Source: Candidatus Pyrohabitans jungbluthii
Lineage (GTDB): Archaea; Hydrothermarchaeota; Hydrothermarchaeia; Hydrothermarchaeales; BMS3B
Length of the DNA: 64,000 nt
Direction: 5' to 3'
Assembly: GCA_002010065.2 (NCBI GenBank)
Contig: MTMD02000002.1
Location: 64,001 to 128,000 of the forward strand
Position 1 is the stretch's first letter; each line of letters starts with the position of its first letter. The notes beneath the pieces were generated by a model. The model was given only the letters and a program-made list of their open reading frames with translations. It searched no databases and had not been told where the DNA came from. Shown piece by piece: positions 36,521 to 44,817 of this stretch. The translations under genes and the position numbers were made by a program.

Positions 36521-38823
36521 GCTTTTCCTGGAATGTTGGCAATTTCATGCTTCTCATAGCTTTCGTTGCAAGCGCGGTAGTGCTGATAGCGGTAACCCTT
36601 CAGGAGCGCGGTTATCGCGTCCCCTTCGCCTCGAGGCTTAAAATTTTTCCCTGGATAACCATGGGGATGCTCGCAGCAGCTACGCTTTACCTCACCTACC
36701 TCTTTTTGAAGTCTGACTTCACGTACATGTACGTGTGGAGCTATAGCTCTAGAGCATTGCCATGGTACTACAAGGCTTCTGCGGTGTGGGCAGGGCAGGA
36801 GGGCACCTTCCTGCTGTGGGCGCTTATTATCTATGCCTCGGCGCTCTGGGCGAGTGAGAGGCTGGGCTTCGAGGACTACCTTTCAAGGAGGGTCCACCTA
36901 GTAACTCACCTGATTGGGCTATTCTTCCTGACAATGACTCTGCTTGTCTCGCCCTTCCGCAAGATATACGACCTCTATCCTGACCTGCCTAAAGATTTTA
37001 TTCCTCCTGATGGTAATGGATTGAACCCACTGCTCCAGGACCCGTGGATGGCTGCCCACCCCCCGGTTATCTTCATCGCCTACGGCGCTGTTACCATACC
37101 CTTTGCCGCTGCCCTTGCCCATCTCTGGCGCAGGGATGAGCGCTGGCTCAGCATCTCCAAACCCTGGGCTAGGCTCTCTTGGCTCTTCCTTACCCTCGGC
37201 ATAGCACTGGGCGGCTTCTGGAGCTACAAGGTTCTGGGCTGGGGTGGCTTTTGGGCCTGGGACCCTGTAGAGACTTCCTCCCTTATACCCTGGTTTACGG
37301 TCACCGCTCTGCTTCATGCAACTGTGCAGAACTTGAGGAAGCGCGAATTTCCGCTCCTCACCCCGCTGCTGGCGGTTTTGTCCTTCTTCCTCGTGGCCTA
37401 TGCTACCTTCATAACGCGCTCAGGCTTGTGGGAATCTGTGCATGCCTTTGGGGAAACCACAACGGGACCCTACCTGGCTCTTCTTCTCGTGAACATCCCG
37501 ATAATTCCCGCGATACTCGTGGCTGACTACCTGATAAGGAAGAAGCGGGAGGTCAGCGCTGAGGCAAAGGCGCTCTCTGTAGCCTTTCTCCTCGCTCAGG
37601 GCATAATGGTGGTTTATAAAGCTGTGACCCAAGGCAGCCAGCTCCCGAGTTTTGAGGAGGTACTTGTAATTTTTGGTTTGACCGGTGCTCTCTTCCCCCT
37701 CCTTAGGAGGCGCTTCTCAGAAGATGGAGAAAAGATTGAGGAGACCCCTACCTCGGAGAGTGTGCAGCTCTTCACTCGCACAAACCTCTTTTACCTCGCT
37801 ATTATCTCACTGCTCATTCTTGGCTTTGTATCCTTCTGGGGACTGAGCTACCCCTTTTTGATGCAGGCGCTCAAGGATGTGAAGATTAAGGTAGAGATAG
37901 ATTTCTTTAACACCTGGAGCTATCCCTTTACCATCCTCCTTCTCGTCACCATTGCGCTGTGCATGGGCTATGGCTTAATGCGTAAGCGCAGCCTTCTCCT
38001 CGGCACAGTTGCGATTCTCGCAATGGGTGCGATCTCTGCCTTAAAGGGCGTGACTGGTAAGCCCATGGTGGACTTCATTCTTCCTGTGCTGGGCTATGCC
38101 TTTGCAATATCTGTGTGGCGCACCACACAGCTCGCCACAAGCAGAGCTAAGCCCATGCCAAAAGCCAAGCTGGTGGGCTTCTATCTCATTCATGCAGGCG
38201 TTGCCATGATAATCTTTGGGGCGATTTTCAGCACAAGCTTCAGCTCACAGCGCGATGTGGTGTTCCAATTCATACCCAACCAGGGTATAGTGAGCGAGCG
38301 CAAGGATGTGGGCGCAGGCTACGCGGTTGAGGTTGCAGGGATAAACGTGTATGAGAACTACGAAGGATACTTAACCAGCGAGGTCTTGGTAAAGGTTTAC
38401 AAGAACGGGCGTTACATCGGCGAAGGTGCGGCGAGTACAATAAACAACCTGAAATTCGGAAGGGTTACGAAGGTGTACATCAACCGCAATCTAGATGCTG
38501 ACGTCTACGTCATATTTCAGGGCATAGGCGGACATTCAGAGGGGAAAATAGAAATCCCGCTTACGGTGAAGATTGAGCCCCTTGTGAACATCCTCTGGCT
38601 GGGGATAGCGCTTATTTCAATAGGCATACTCCCAGGCATGATTATCGACGGCTTCTCAGTACCCTGGGCAAGGCGGGAGGAAGAGGAGGAAGAAGAGGAA
38701 GATGAAGAGGAGGAGAGGAAGCGCCTTATAGCGGAGATAAAGAAGATAAAACCAGACTGGCAGGATAAGGGCTACACCGTGGAGCAGCTCCGAGATATTC
38801 TGGCGCTGCTCAGGGAGGAGTAG
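36517..38823 (+). CDS. ccmF: Cytochrome c synthase CcmF
   Basis: WAGQEG, GLNPLLQ..HPP, WGGFWAWDPVETSSL, TRSG..SVHAF. Confidence 0.95.
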   Translation: MSFSWNVGNFMLLIAFVASAVVLIAVTLQERGYRVPFASRLKIFPWITMGMLAAATLYLTYLFLKSDFTYMYVWSYSSRALPWYYKASAVWAGQEGTFLLWALIIYASALWASERLGFEDYLSRRVHLVTHLIGLFFLTMTLLVSPFRKIYDLYPDLPKDFIPPDGNGLNPLLQDPWMAAHPPVIFIAYGAVTIPFAAALAHLWRRDERWLSISKPWARLSWLFLTLGIALGGFWSYKVLGWGGFWAWDPVETSSLIPWFTVTALLHATVQNLRKREFPLLTPLLAVLSFFLVAYATFITRSGLWESVHAFGETTTGPYLALLLVNIPIIPAILVADYLIRKKREVSAEAKALSVAFLLAQGIMVVYKAVTQGSQLPSFEEVLVIFGLTGALFPLLRRRFSEDGEKIEETPTSESVQLFTRTNLFYLAIISLLILGFVSFWGLSYPFLMQALKDVKIKVEIDFFNTWSYPFTILLLVTIALCMGYGLMRKRSLLLGTVAILAMGAISALKGVTGKPMVDFILPVLGYAFAISVWRTTQLATSRAKPMPKAKLVGFYLIHAGVAMIIFGAIFSTSFSSQRDVVFQFIPNQGIVSERKDVGAGYAVEVAGINVYENYEGYLTSEVLVKVYKNGRYIGEGAASTINNLKFGRVTKVYINRNLDADVYVIFQGIGGHSEGKIEIPLTVKIEPLVNILWLGIALISIGILPGMIIDGFSVPWARREEEEEEEEDEEEERKRLIAEIKKIKPDWQDKGYTVEQLRDILALLREE

Positions 38824-38891
38824 GGGGTTTTAATATCCTTTATGGAGGGCACAAATACTTTTCTAACTAAAAGTTAGGAAAGTGTACAAGA

Positions 38892-39371
38892 ATGAAGTTT
38901 GCGGAAAGGCTTGAGAAGTGCGAGAACATCGCGGACATATTCGAGCTGGTGAAAGAAGCTGTTCTGAAGCACCTGGGCACAAGCAGAGCAGGCTTAACCT
39001 TGGTGCTTGCAGAGCTTGGAAGCAGCGACTATGGCTTTGTGGGTGCCTACTACCCGGTTGGCTCCAATACGATTGTGATGAACAGGAGCGTGCTGCGCAG
39101 GCTTCGCAGAGAGGCACCTGAACTTTTCAAGGCTTACGTTTTCAATGTGCTGCTCCACGAGTATCTGCACGCTCTTGGCGTGCTGGACGAGGCTCAGACG
39201 CGGCTTCACACCTACAATATAACCCGCTCAGTTTTTGGCGAAGAGCACGCGGCAACGAAGCTTGCGCTAAAGATGGAAGAGTTAATCCCTCTCCTTAAAA
39301 ATTTGGAGAGGCTTGGAAAAGTAGAGTACGTACCCGACTTCGACAGGTCGAGCACAGAATATATAATGTAG
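38892..39371 (+). CDS. Conserved archaeal HExxH (zincin-like) protein
   Basis: GAYYPVGSN.IVMN and VLLHEYLHALG..DE. Confidence 0.7.
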   Translation: MKFAERLEKCENIADIFELVKEAVLKHLGTSRAGLTLVLAELGSSDYGFVGAYYPVGSNTIVMNRSVLRRLRREAPELFKAYVFNVLLHEYLHALGVLDEAQTRLHTYNITRSVFGEEHAATKLALKMEELIPLLKNLERLGKVEYVPDFDRSSTEYIM

Positions 39372-39899
39372 CTACCTGACCAGCTCCTGCCCCTTCTCAA
39401 CGACAATGCCGCAGGGCATGGGGAGCTTCATTGCAGCGCGACGAAGCGCCTCCTTGGCGTCGTTGAAGTAGTTTGCATTGGTGCGCAGCGTTATTATGCG
39501 CTGCCCTTCCTTTACCACGGCAGCTAACCCTACTGGCTTGCCAAAGGCACGGCGCATGCCATCGCTCACTCTGTCGGCACCAGCACCGGTTGCCATCTTG
39601 TTCTCCCTGAGCACCACGTGGGGGTAAATCCTGAACTTCATGTAGAAGCCGCTCTTACCGGCGCGCTTTGTTATGTACCTGTTGGCTGCGATGCGGCTCG
39701 CCTCCAGCGCGTTGTGGGTGATCTGCGCAGCCTCCTTGGCAACCAGTGAAAGCTGAACCTCGAAGCGGTCAGGGTTGCTCACATCCCCCATGTCGAAGAT
39801 GGTAATCTTGGGGTTGGGTATGCTATCTATGTACTCCTTTCGTGTATAAAGCCTCTTCTTGGGTATGCGGTATATCTTGCCTGGCTTTAGCTTTGCCAT
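39372..39899 (-). CDS. rpl10e: 50S ribosomal protein uL16 (L10e)
   Basis: [40 protein letters not shown]. Confidence 0.97.
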   Translation of the reverse strand: MAKLKPGKIYRIPKKRLYTRKEYIDSIPNPKITIFDMGDVSNPDRFEVQLSLVAKEAAQITHNALEASRIAANRYITKRAGKSGFYMKFRIYPHVVLRENKMATGAGADRVSDGMRRAFGKPVGLAAVVKEGQRIITLRTNANYFNDAKEALRRAAMKLPMPCGIVVEKGQELVR

Positions 39900-39971
39900 C
39901 GCTGTGCCTCCAGATAAAAAGACACTCCCTACATGCACCTTCCCATAGTAAAAGAATTATAAAACCAGGCC

Positions 39972-39997
39972 AGGGGAGGGGGGTGTCCCCCTCCCCT
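39972..39997. repeat. 11-bp GC hairpin
   Basis: AGGGGAGGGGG-gtgt-CCCCCTCCCCT; a similar C-rich arm recurs at 40006-40016. Confidence 0.65.
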
Positions 39998-40045
39998 TAG
40001 GTTAACCCCTCCCCCTAGGGATATGCGGGAGAAAACACTAAGGAA

Positions 40046-40290
40046 ACATGGCGGTATTGAAGCGAAGCGAGTTGCCCGAACGAAGTGAGGGTGACGAGGG
40101 AAAAACCCGAAGGGTTTTGACCGAAATACCGCAATCTGATGATCAAACTTTCTGAAGCTTCCGCAGCCACAGTTGGTTGCATCCACATAATGTGGTATCC
40201 TTCGATACCACATTTTAGACTGTGAGACATAGCGGTATTGAGCATTAGCGAAATACCGCAATCTGATGATGCAACTGTCTGCAGTTGCCG
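40046..40290. repeat. Duplicated multi-hairpin non-coding element
   Basis: Exact 22-bp direct repeat (40122-40143 and 40249-40270); each copy closed by GCGGTATT/AATACCGC; several internal hairpins. Confidence 0.75.
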
Positions 40291-40346
40291 AAGTTAAGTA
40301 TTTATAGCGCCTGTGGGAGATTAATTTTTTGCAGGAGGTGAATGCT

Positions 40347-41018
40347 TTGCCCGAGAGCTTTGTGGATAGAGAGCTTGAGATGATTGCCGAGAACCTGAAG
40401 GTTTTTGTTGGCAAGGACAAGGAAACCAAAGAGATGCTTAAAACGATGGGCTTAACCATCGAGGATGTGCCCGAAGTAGCGAGAGAGAAGGTTGCGCAGA
40501 TAGAGAGTGTGCTTAAAGATAGTAGCAAGAAGCCTGAGGAGAGGATAAACCAGGCTGAAGCCCTGCTCGCTGAGCTTCAGGTGCTTGAGGAGCTGCCTGC
40601 GGTGATAAAGAAGCTTATTGTTGAAGAGGCGATGCGCAGGCTGAGCGTGGTTAGGTACAACCTGGACTGGGTGGAGAGGCAGGCGAAGAGTATCGAAGCT
40701 GCGAAGCGGATCTCTTACTCCCTTGACCTCTTCCTTAACCCGGATGACAAGGAGGTAAAGAAGAAGCTTCGCCAAATAGGCATCCAAGAAGTGCCAGAGT
40801 TTATCCGCGACGTAGCTAAGCGCGCAAAGGAGGTGCTGGAGGATAGAAAGCTCGACGCGCGAGAGCGTGCCCTGCGTGCGGCGGATATACTGATGGAGCC
40901 GCTGCAACCCGCGCTTTACGGCAAGCGCGATGATATGGAAAAGCTTCAGCACGAGATAAAGTGCGTGCTGTGGGAAATCGCCAACGACTTCGTGATGGAG
41001 GCGCAGCTGGCGAAGTGA
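40347..41018 (+). CDS. Hypothetical helical protein with two internal repeats
   Basis: TTG after GGAGGTG; DKE.K..L...G...VPE.......VL.D.....ER...A..L occurs twice. Confidence 0.7.
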   Translation: MPESFVDRELEMIAENLKVFVGKDKETKEMLKTMGLTIEDVPEVAREKVAQIESVLKDSSKKPEERINQAEALLAELQVLEELPAVIKKLIVEEAMRRLSVVRYNLDWVERQAKSIEAAKRISYSLDLFLNPDDKEVKKKLRQIGIQEVPEFIRDVAKRAKEVLEDRKLDARERALRAADILMEPLQPALYGKRDDMEKLQHEIKCVLWEIANDFVMEAQLAK

Positions 41019-41261
41019 TTACTTCAGCACCGCATCACCGCGAAATCCGCGCTCCCTCAACTCTTTTATATATTTTAATTCTTCGTAAAACTCCAGGGTT
41101 TTCCTGGCTAAGGCTATCTTCTCCTGCGCTGCCTTCAGCGCACTTGAAACACGGGGCTGGGATATTCCGAGAGCCTTGGCGATTTCCTCCTGGGTGTAGC
41201 CCATGGCAGCGTAGCGCAGCACCTGCGCCTGCCTTTCGGTGAGTATGCCTACTCCTTCCAT
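41019..41261 (-). CDS. Tfx-like/sigma-70 region 4 HTH protein
   Basis: LTERQAQVL....GYTQEEIAKALGISQ..VS.....A.EKI..ARKTL. Confidence 0.8.
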   Translation of the reverse strand: MEGVGILTERQAQVLRYAAMGYTQEEIAKALGISQPRVSSALKAAQEKIALARKTLEFYEELKYIKELRERGFRGDAVLK

Positions 41262-41421
41262 GCTATCACCATAATAGATAATTATTATATCCGGGGCGAG
41301 TATATATTCTTTTCTCATCCCGACGAAGGCAAATATTTATATATCAGGAGGTGCATATAATGGTCAGCGGCATTCTTGCTGCAATACATATAATAAAAAA
41401 CTGTTATGTGAGGTGAAGTGA

Positions 41422-41787
41422 ATGGGAATGAATCCGCTTGAGGCTCCGTGGTTAAGCTCTAGGAAGTTCCCCGGAAAGTTTGAGGAGGAGCTTACCGACG
41501 ACGATATCCGCGAGTGGGAGGAGAAGGAGAGGCAGGGTCTGATCGTTGATGACGTGCCTGGCGGCACAGACGTGAGCATACCAATACGCGTTGACTACAT
41601 GAACGGCGACTATCACCGCGCCTATGAGATTCTCCAGAAGAACAAGATACCCATAAAGTACAAGACGGTGATGACCGTCCCGCCCTTCCACGCCACCATC
41701 CACGTGTTCCCGCCAGATGGCGTTAAGGCGATGAAGCTCCTGCGCAAAGCAGGAATAACAATGTACAAGGTGAAGCCCGTCTTCTAA
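41422..41787 (+). CDS. Hypothetical protein
   Basis: GAGGTG leader, typical codon usage, T-rich tract downstream. Confidence 0.65.
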   Translation: MGMNPLEAPWLSSRKFPGKFEEELTDDDIREWEEKERQGLIVDDVPGGTDVSIPIRVDYMNGDYHRAYEILQKNKIPIKYKTVMTVPPFHATIHVFPPDGVKAMKLLRKAGITMYKVKPVF

Positions 41788-41874
41788 GGGCTCAACTCTT
41801 TTCCTTTTTCGATTTTTTATTGTGCTGATTTTGTGGTTGTAACTTTTTTATTCTACCTCTGTGAACATAACCAC

Positions 41875-42756
41875 ATGGACATTGATCTCCCCCAAGGGTG
41901 GGAGGAAGCGGCGAGGTGCATAGCTGAGGAGAAGCCGCGCAGGATTCTTGTTCTCGGCGATGTAGACGTGGGCAAGAGCACCTTCATCAATTACCTGCTC
42001 AGGACGTTGCTTGGGGAAGGGTTAACCTGCTCACTAATCGATGCGGATATTGGGCAGAAGGATTTAGGTCCGCCGGCGACGGTTACACTAGGCGAATTTC
42101 AGTACCTTTACGAGCTTCGCTTGGGGAAGGTTAGGGCGATGTACTTCGTGGGCTCAACCTCGCCGCGAGGGCATCTCCTGCCCCTTCTGGTGGGCACAAA
42201 GCTTCTTGCCGACAAAGCCCAGGGCACAGTTGCTGTGGTAAACACCACGGGCTTTGTGAAGAACGCGGGCTTCGCTTTGAAGGGCTTCAAGATAGAGCTG
42301 CTCAAGCCTGAGCTTCTAATCGCACTGCAGCGCGATGCGGAGCTTGAGCCACTGCTGCGGAGCTATGCACATGTGCACTGCCTTAGGCTTCCGGTCTCTG
42401 CTATGGCTAAGTCCAAGAGCTTTGAGGAGCGCCGTGCGCTTCGCAGAGAGGCGTTTCGCAGGTACTTCAGCTCCGCGGTGGAGCGAAGGCTTGAGGTTGA
42501 GGCTGTGAGATTCCAGAGGGTGAGCGCACACAACGAGGAGGGTGAGGTGGAGGATGCTATTGGAAGGCTAAAGCATAACCTGCTCATAGGGCTTGCGAAT
42601 GAGGAGGGCGAGGTTCTTGGCTTGGGGATAGTGAAGGGGTTCGACGGCAGAACGCTGAGCATAATAACACCGGTGAAGGATGAGATTGCGGTAGTGCAAC
42701 TTGGCAGCATGCTGGTGCGCGAAAATGGCGAGGAGCTTGGTTTTGTGAGGAGGTGA
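41875..42756 (+). CDS. Clp1/Nol9-family polynucleotide kinase
   Basis: GDVDVGKST Walker A, DADIGQ..LGPP, VNTTG, R...R lid. Confidence 0.88.
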   Translation: MDIDLPQGWEEAARCIAEEKPRRILVLGDVDVGKSTFINYLLRTLLGEGLTCSLIDADIGQKDLGPPATVTLGEFQYLYELRLGKVRAMYFVGSTSPRGHLLPLLVGTKLLADKAQGTVAVVNTTGFVKNAGFALKGFKIELLKPELLIALQRDAELEPLLRSYAHVHCLRLPVSAMAKSKSFEERRALRREAFRRYFSSAVERRLEVEAVRFQRVSAHNEEGEVEDAIGRLKHNLLIGLANEEGEVLGLGIVKGFDGRTLSIITPVKDEIAVVQLGSMLVRENGEELGFVRR

Positions 42757-43961
42757 GGTTACTGGATAATAGGAGCTCTGCCAGGCGGGTGCCATACTAC
42801 CGCTGCGGAATTAAGCAGGCTAAAGCGTACATGGCGCGAAGGGTTGTGCTGGGATTCAACGTCAACGTCGATGCCGTAAAGCTTGCAAAGCCGGGTGAAC
42901 TAGACGCCCTTGAGCTACCAGACGAGCTTAGCTCGCTAAGAGAGTGCGCTGCCACGGGAGAGCAGCGCGAGGTTGTGGTGGGCAGAAGCACATTGGATTT
43001 CCTTCTTGAGAATCTGGGCTACGACTACCTCGCCATAGGCGGGCAGGGCGGACAGGCTGCGTTAGCTGCCTCTCGCCTGGGCGTGGAGAGCTACCTGCAC
43101 TTAGCCAAGAGGTGCAGGCTGATAGGTGAGCTTCTGGATGAGCGTGTTTTTGTACCAGGCGAAGATGGCTTCGTTCCTGCGAAGGAGCTTACCGAAGAGT
43201 GTACGCCAGCGATGCACTATGTGATTGAGTTCAAAAAGGGCGATGTGCACTTTGGCAGCGCTGTGCCGGAGGCAACGCGCTTTATTGCCTCCTACGACCC
43301 ACCCGTGGCTGAGCTGAGCATAGACGATGCCTTTGTAGAGCTTATCAGAGAGGAGATTAGAGGCATACCCAAGGGCGTGATTTCAGGCTTCCATTTAACC
43401 AGCCCAGAGAACGCCGGGAGAATAAGAGAGGTGGAGAAGATTATAGAGGAGTGGAAGGAGCTCAACCCTGAACTCTTCCTTCACCTTGAGATGGCGCAGT
43501 ACCACAGCGAACGCGTTCTGCTAGAGGTGAGGCGGCGCCTTTTCCCGATAGTGGACAGCGTGGGCTTCGACGAGGCAGAGCTATGCCAGCTCACCGGTGA
43601 GGACGAGCTCATCCCGGCGCTTGAGGAGGTTTCCAGCTATGCTGAGCGGGCGGTGCTTCACACCTCCCACTACTCCCTTTGTCTGAGCGACGACTACCCC
43701 AAGCAGGTTAAAGCAGCACTGCAGTTTGGCTCTCTGCTCGCTGCCTTCAGAGCAAAGCACGGCAGAGTGCCGAGCATGGCAGAGCTTGAGCGTTTTTCTC
43801 CGCCAAAGCCGTGCCGCGCTGGAATAGTGGCAAGGAGAGAGCTTCTCAAGCACAGCTTTGAGAAAGGCTTAGTGGTGGTGCCAGCGTTGTACGTGGAGAA
43901 GCCAAAAGCAACAGTAGGGCTGGGAGACACCTTTGCCCTGGGATTTACGCTGATTGTTTGA
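42753..43961 (+). CDS. ADP-dependent glucokinase/phosphofructokinase family
   Basis: GFNVNVDA, IGGQGG, HYVIEF..G, RFIAS.D, TVGLGDT. Confidence 0.88.
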   Translation: MRLLDNRSSARRVPYYRCGIKQAKAYMARRVVLGFNVNVDAVKLAKPGELDALELPDELSSLRECAATGEQREVVVGRSTLDFLLENLGYDYLAIGGQGGQAALAASRLGVESYLHLAKRCRLIGELLDERVFVPGEDGFVPAKELTEECTPAMHYVIEFKKGDVHFGSAVPEATRFIASYDPPVAELSIDDAFVELIREEIRGIPKGVISGFHLTSPENAGRIREVEKIIEEWKELNPELFLHLEMAQYHSERVLLEVRRRLFPIVDSVGFDEAELCQLTGEDELIPALEEVSSYAERAVLHTSHYSLCLSDDYPKQVKAALQFGSLLAAFRAKHGRVPSMAELERFSPPKPCRAGIVARRELLKHSFEKGLVVVPALYVEKPKATVGLGDTFALGFTLIV

Positions 43962-43967
43962 GCCTTG

Positions 43968-43987
43968 AAAAATAAAAAAGAAAAAGA
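43968..43987 (-). terminator. U-tract terminator candidate
   Basis: Long T-rich tract on the minus strand just after the DsrM-like stop, between convergent genes. Confidence 0.45.
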
Positions 43988-43992
43988 GGAAC

Positions 43993-44817
43993 TCACGCAA
44001 TTGTCCTGTTCTTTCTCCTCTGCACAGCGAAGTACACCGCTATGAAGGCGTAGACCATGTGGAACAGGTATGTGAATGGGAACACTGCAAAGATTGTCAA
44101 ACCAAGCGCTGCGTGGTAGTACACTATTCCCGGCACCAGCTCCAGTCTCGCAAGGATCTCTGTCCAAATAATGGAGAAGACCAGCAGGGTAACGAAGAGA
44201 TGCTCCCAGGAGAAGTGTCCGGGCGTGCGTATGCCTCGTGCTGCTGGGTCAAGGTCGTCCATCACCGCGCCGCTCTTCTTGCGAAGGATGGTGATGAGCA
44301 GGTTGGTGTTGCCATAGAGACCGAAGAGTACTGCTACCCAGGTAACGGCGATGAAGATGCCCGCGAGCCTTCCGAAGAGGTAGGGCGCCTGCAGGTGCTC
44401 TGCGTTGCCGAAGACTATCGCAAGTAAATTAGCAGGCGAGTAGTTGTAAGACTCTGGTATGCCAAGAGCCACGTCAGGCACTGGAGAGCCGCTGAGTATC
44501 CTCACCGCTAAGATGAGCGCAGACAGAGCGTAGCCCGAGAGGATGGTGATTATCGCCACGTGGTAGAACATGTAGCCCCTTGCCCACGTGCGGTTCGCTT
44601 TGAGGTAGAAGTGGGTTATTGGTCCAAAGAGTACCTTCTTTATCGCCTCAAAGGTAGGCATGGGCTCTGGTGCATCTAAGGCTGTGGGTGTTCTCCCACG
44701 GGGCTTGCGGTTGGTTATCGCCACCCTCACGAAGCGCCCAAGCTTGAGCGCCGTGCCCAGGAAAAACAGGGTAAAGGCGATGTAGGCGTAGACGTTGAGA
44801 AATCCTTCGATGCTCAT
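43993..44817 (-). CDS. NarI/DsrM/HmeC-like b-type cytochrome membrane subunit
   Basis: About 5 TM helices, FYH in helix II, YYH..FPFTYLFH in helix V; coupled to a CCG Fe-S gene. Confidence 0.78.
   Translation of the reverse strand: MSIEGFLNVYAYIAFTLFFLGTALKLGRFVRVAITNRKPRGRTPTALDAPEPMPTFEAIKKVLFGPITHFYLKANRTWARGYMFYHVAIITILSGYALSALILAVRILSGSPVPDVALGIPESYNYSPANLLAIVFGNAEHLQAPYLFGRLAGIFIAVTWVAVLFGLYGNTNLLITILRKKSGAVMDDLDPAARGIRTPGHFSWEHLFVTLLVFSIIWTEILARLELVPGIVYYHAALGLTIFAVFPFTYLFHMVYAFIAVYFAVQRRKNRTIA

Noticed and set aside
40136-40156. Box C/D sRNA (TGATGA...CTGA)
   Set aside because: The spacing is too short for a two-guide sRNA, and the CTGA is not kept in the second copy.
40122-40270. 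The 22-bp direct repeat as a mini-CRISPR
   Set aside because: Only two copies, about 105 nt apart, embedded in larger homologous hairpin units, with no cas genes nearby.
40046-40299. Integron attC site (GTTAAGT at 40293 fits GTTRRRY)
   Set aside because: No complementary RYYYAAC end or L boxes were found by eye, and there is no cassette array or intI in the window; left for an IntegronFinder test.
39929-40528. Minus-strand ORFs of 199 aa and 76 aa across the structured element
   Set aside because: They overlap a better-supported plus-strand gene, translate through palindromes and have no recognisable motifs.
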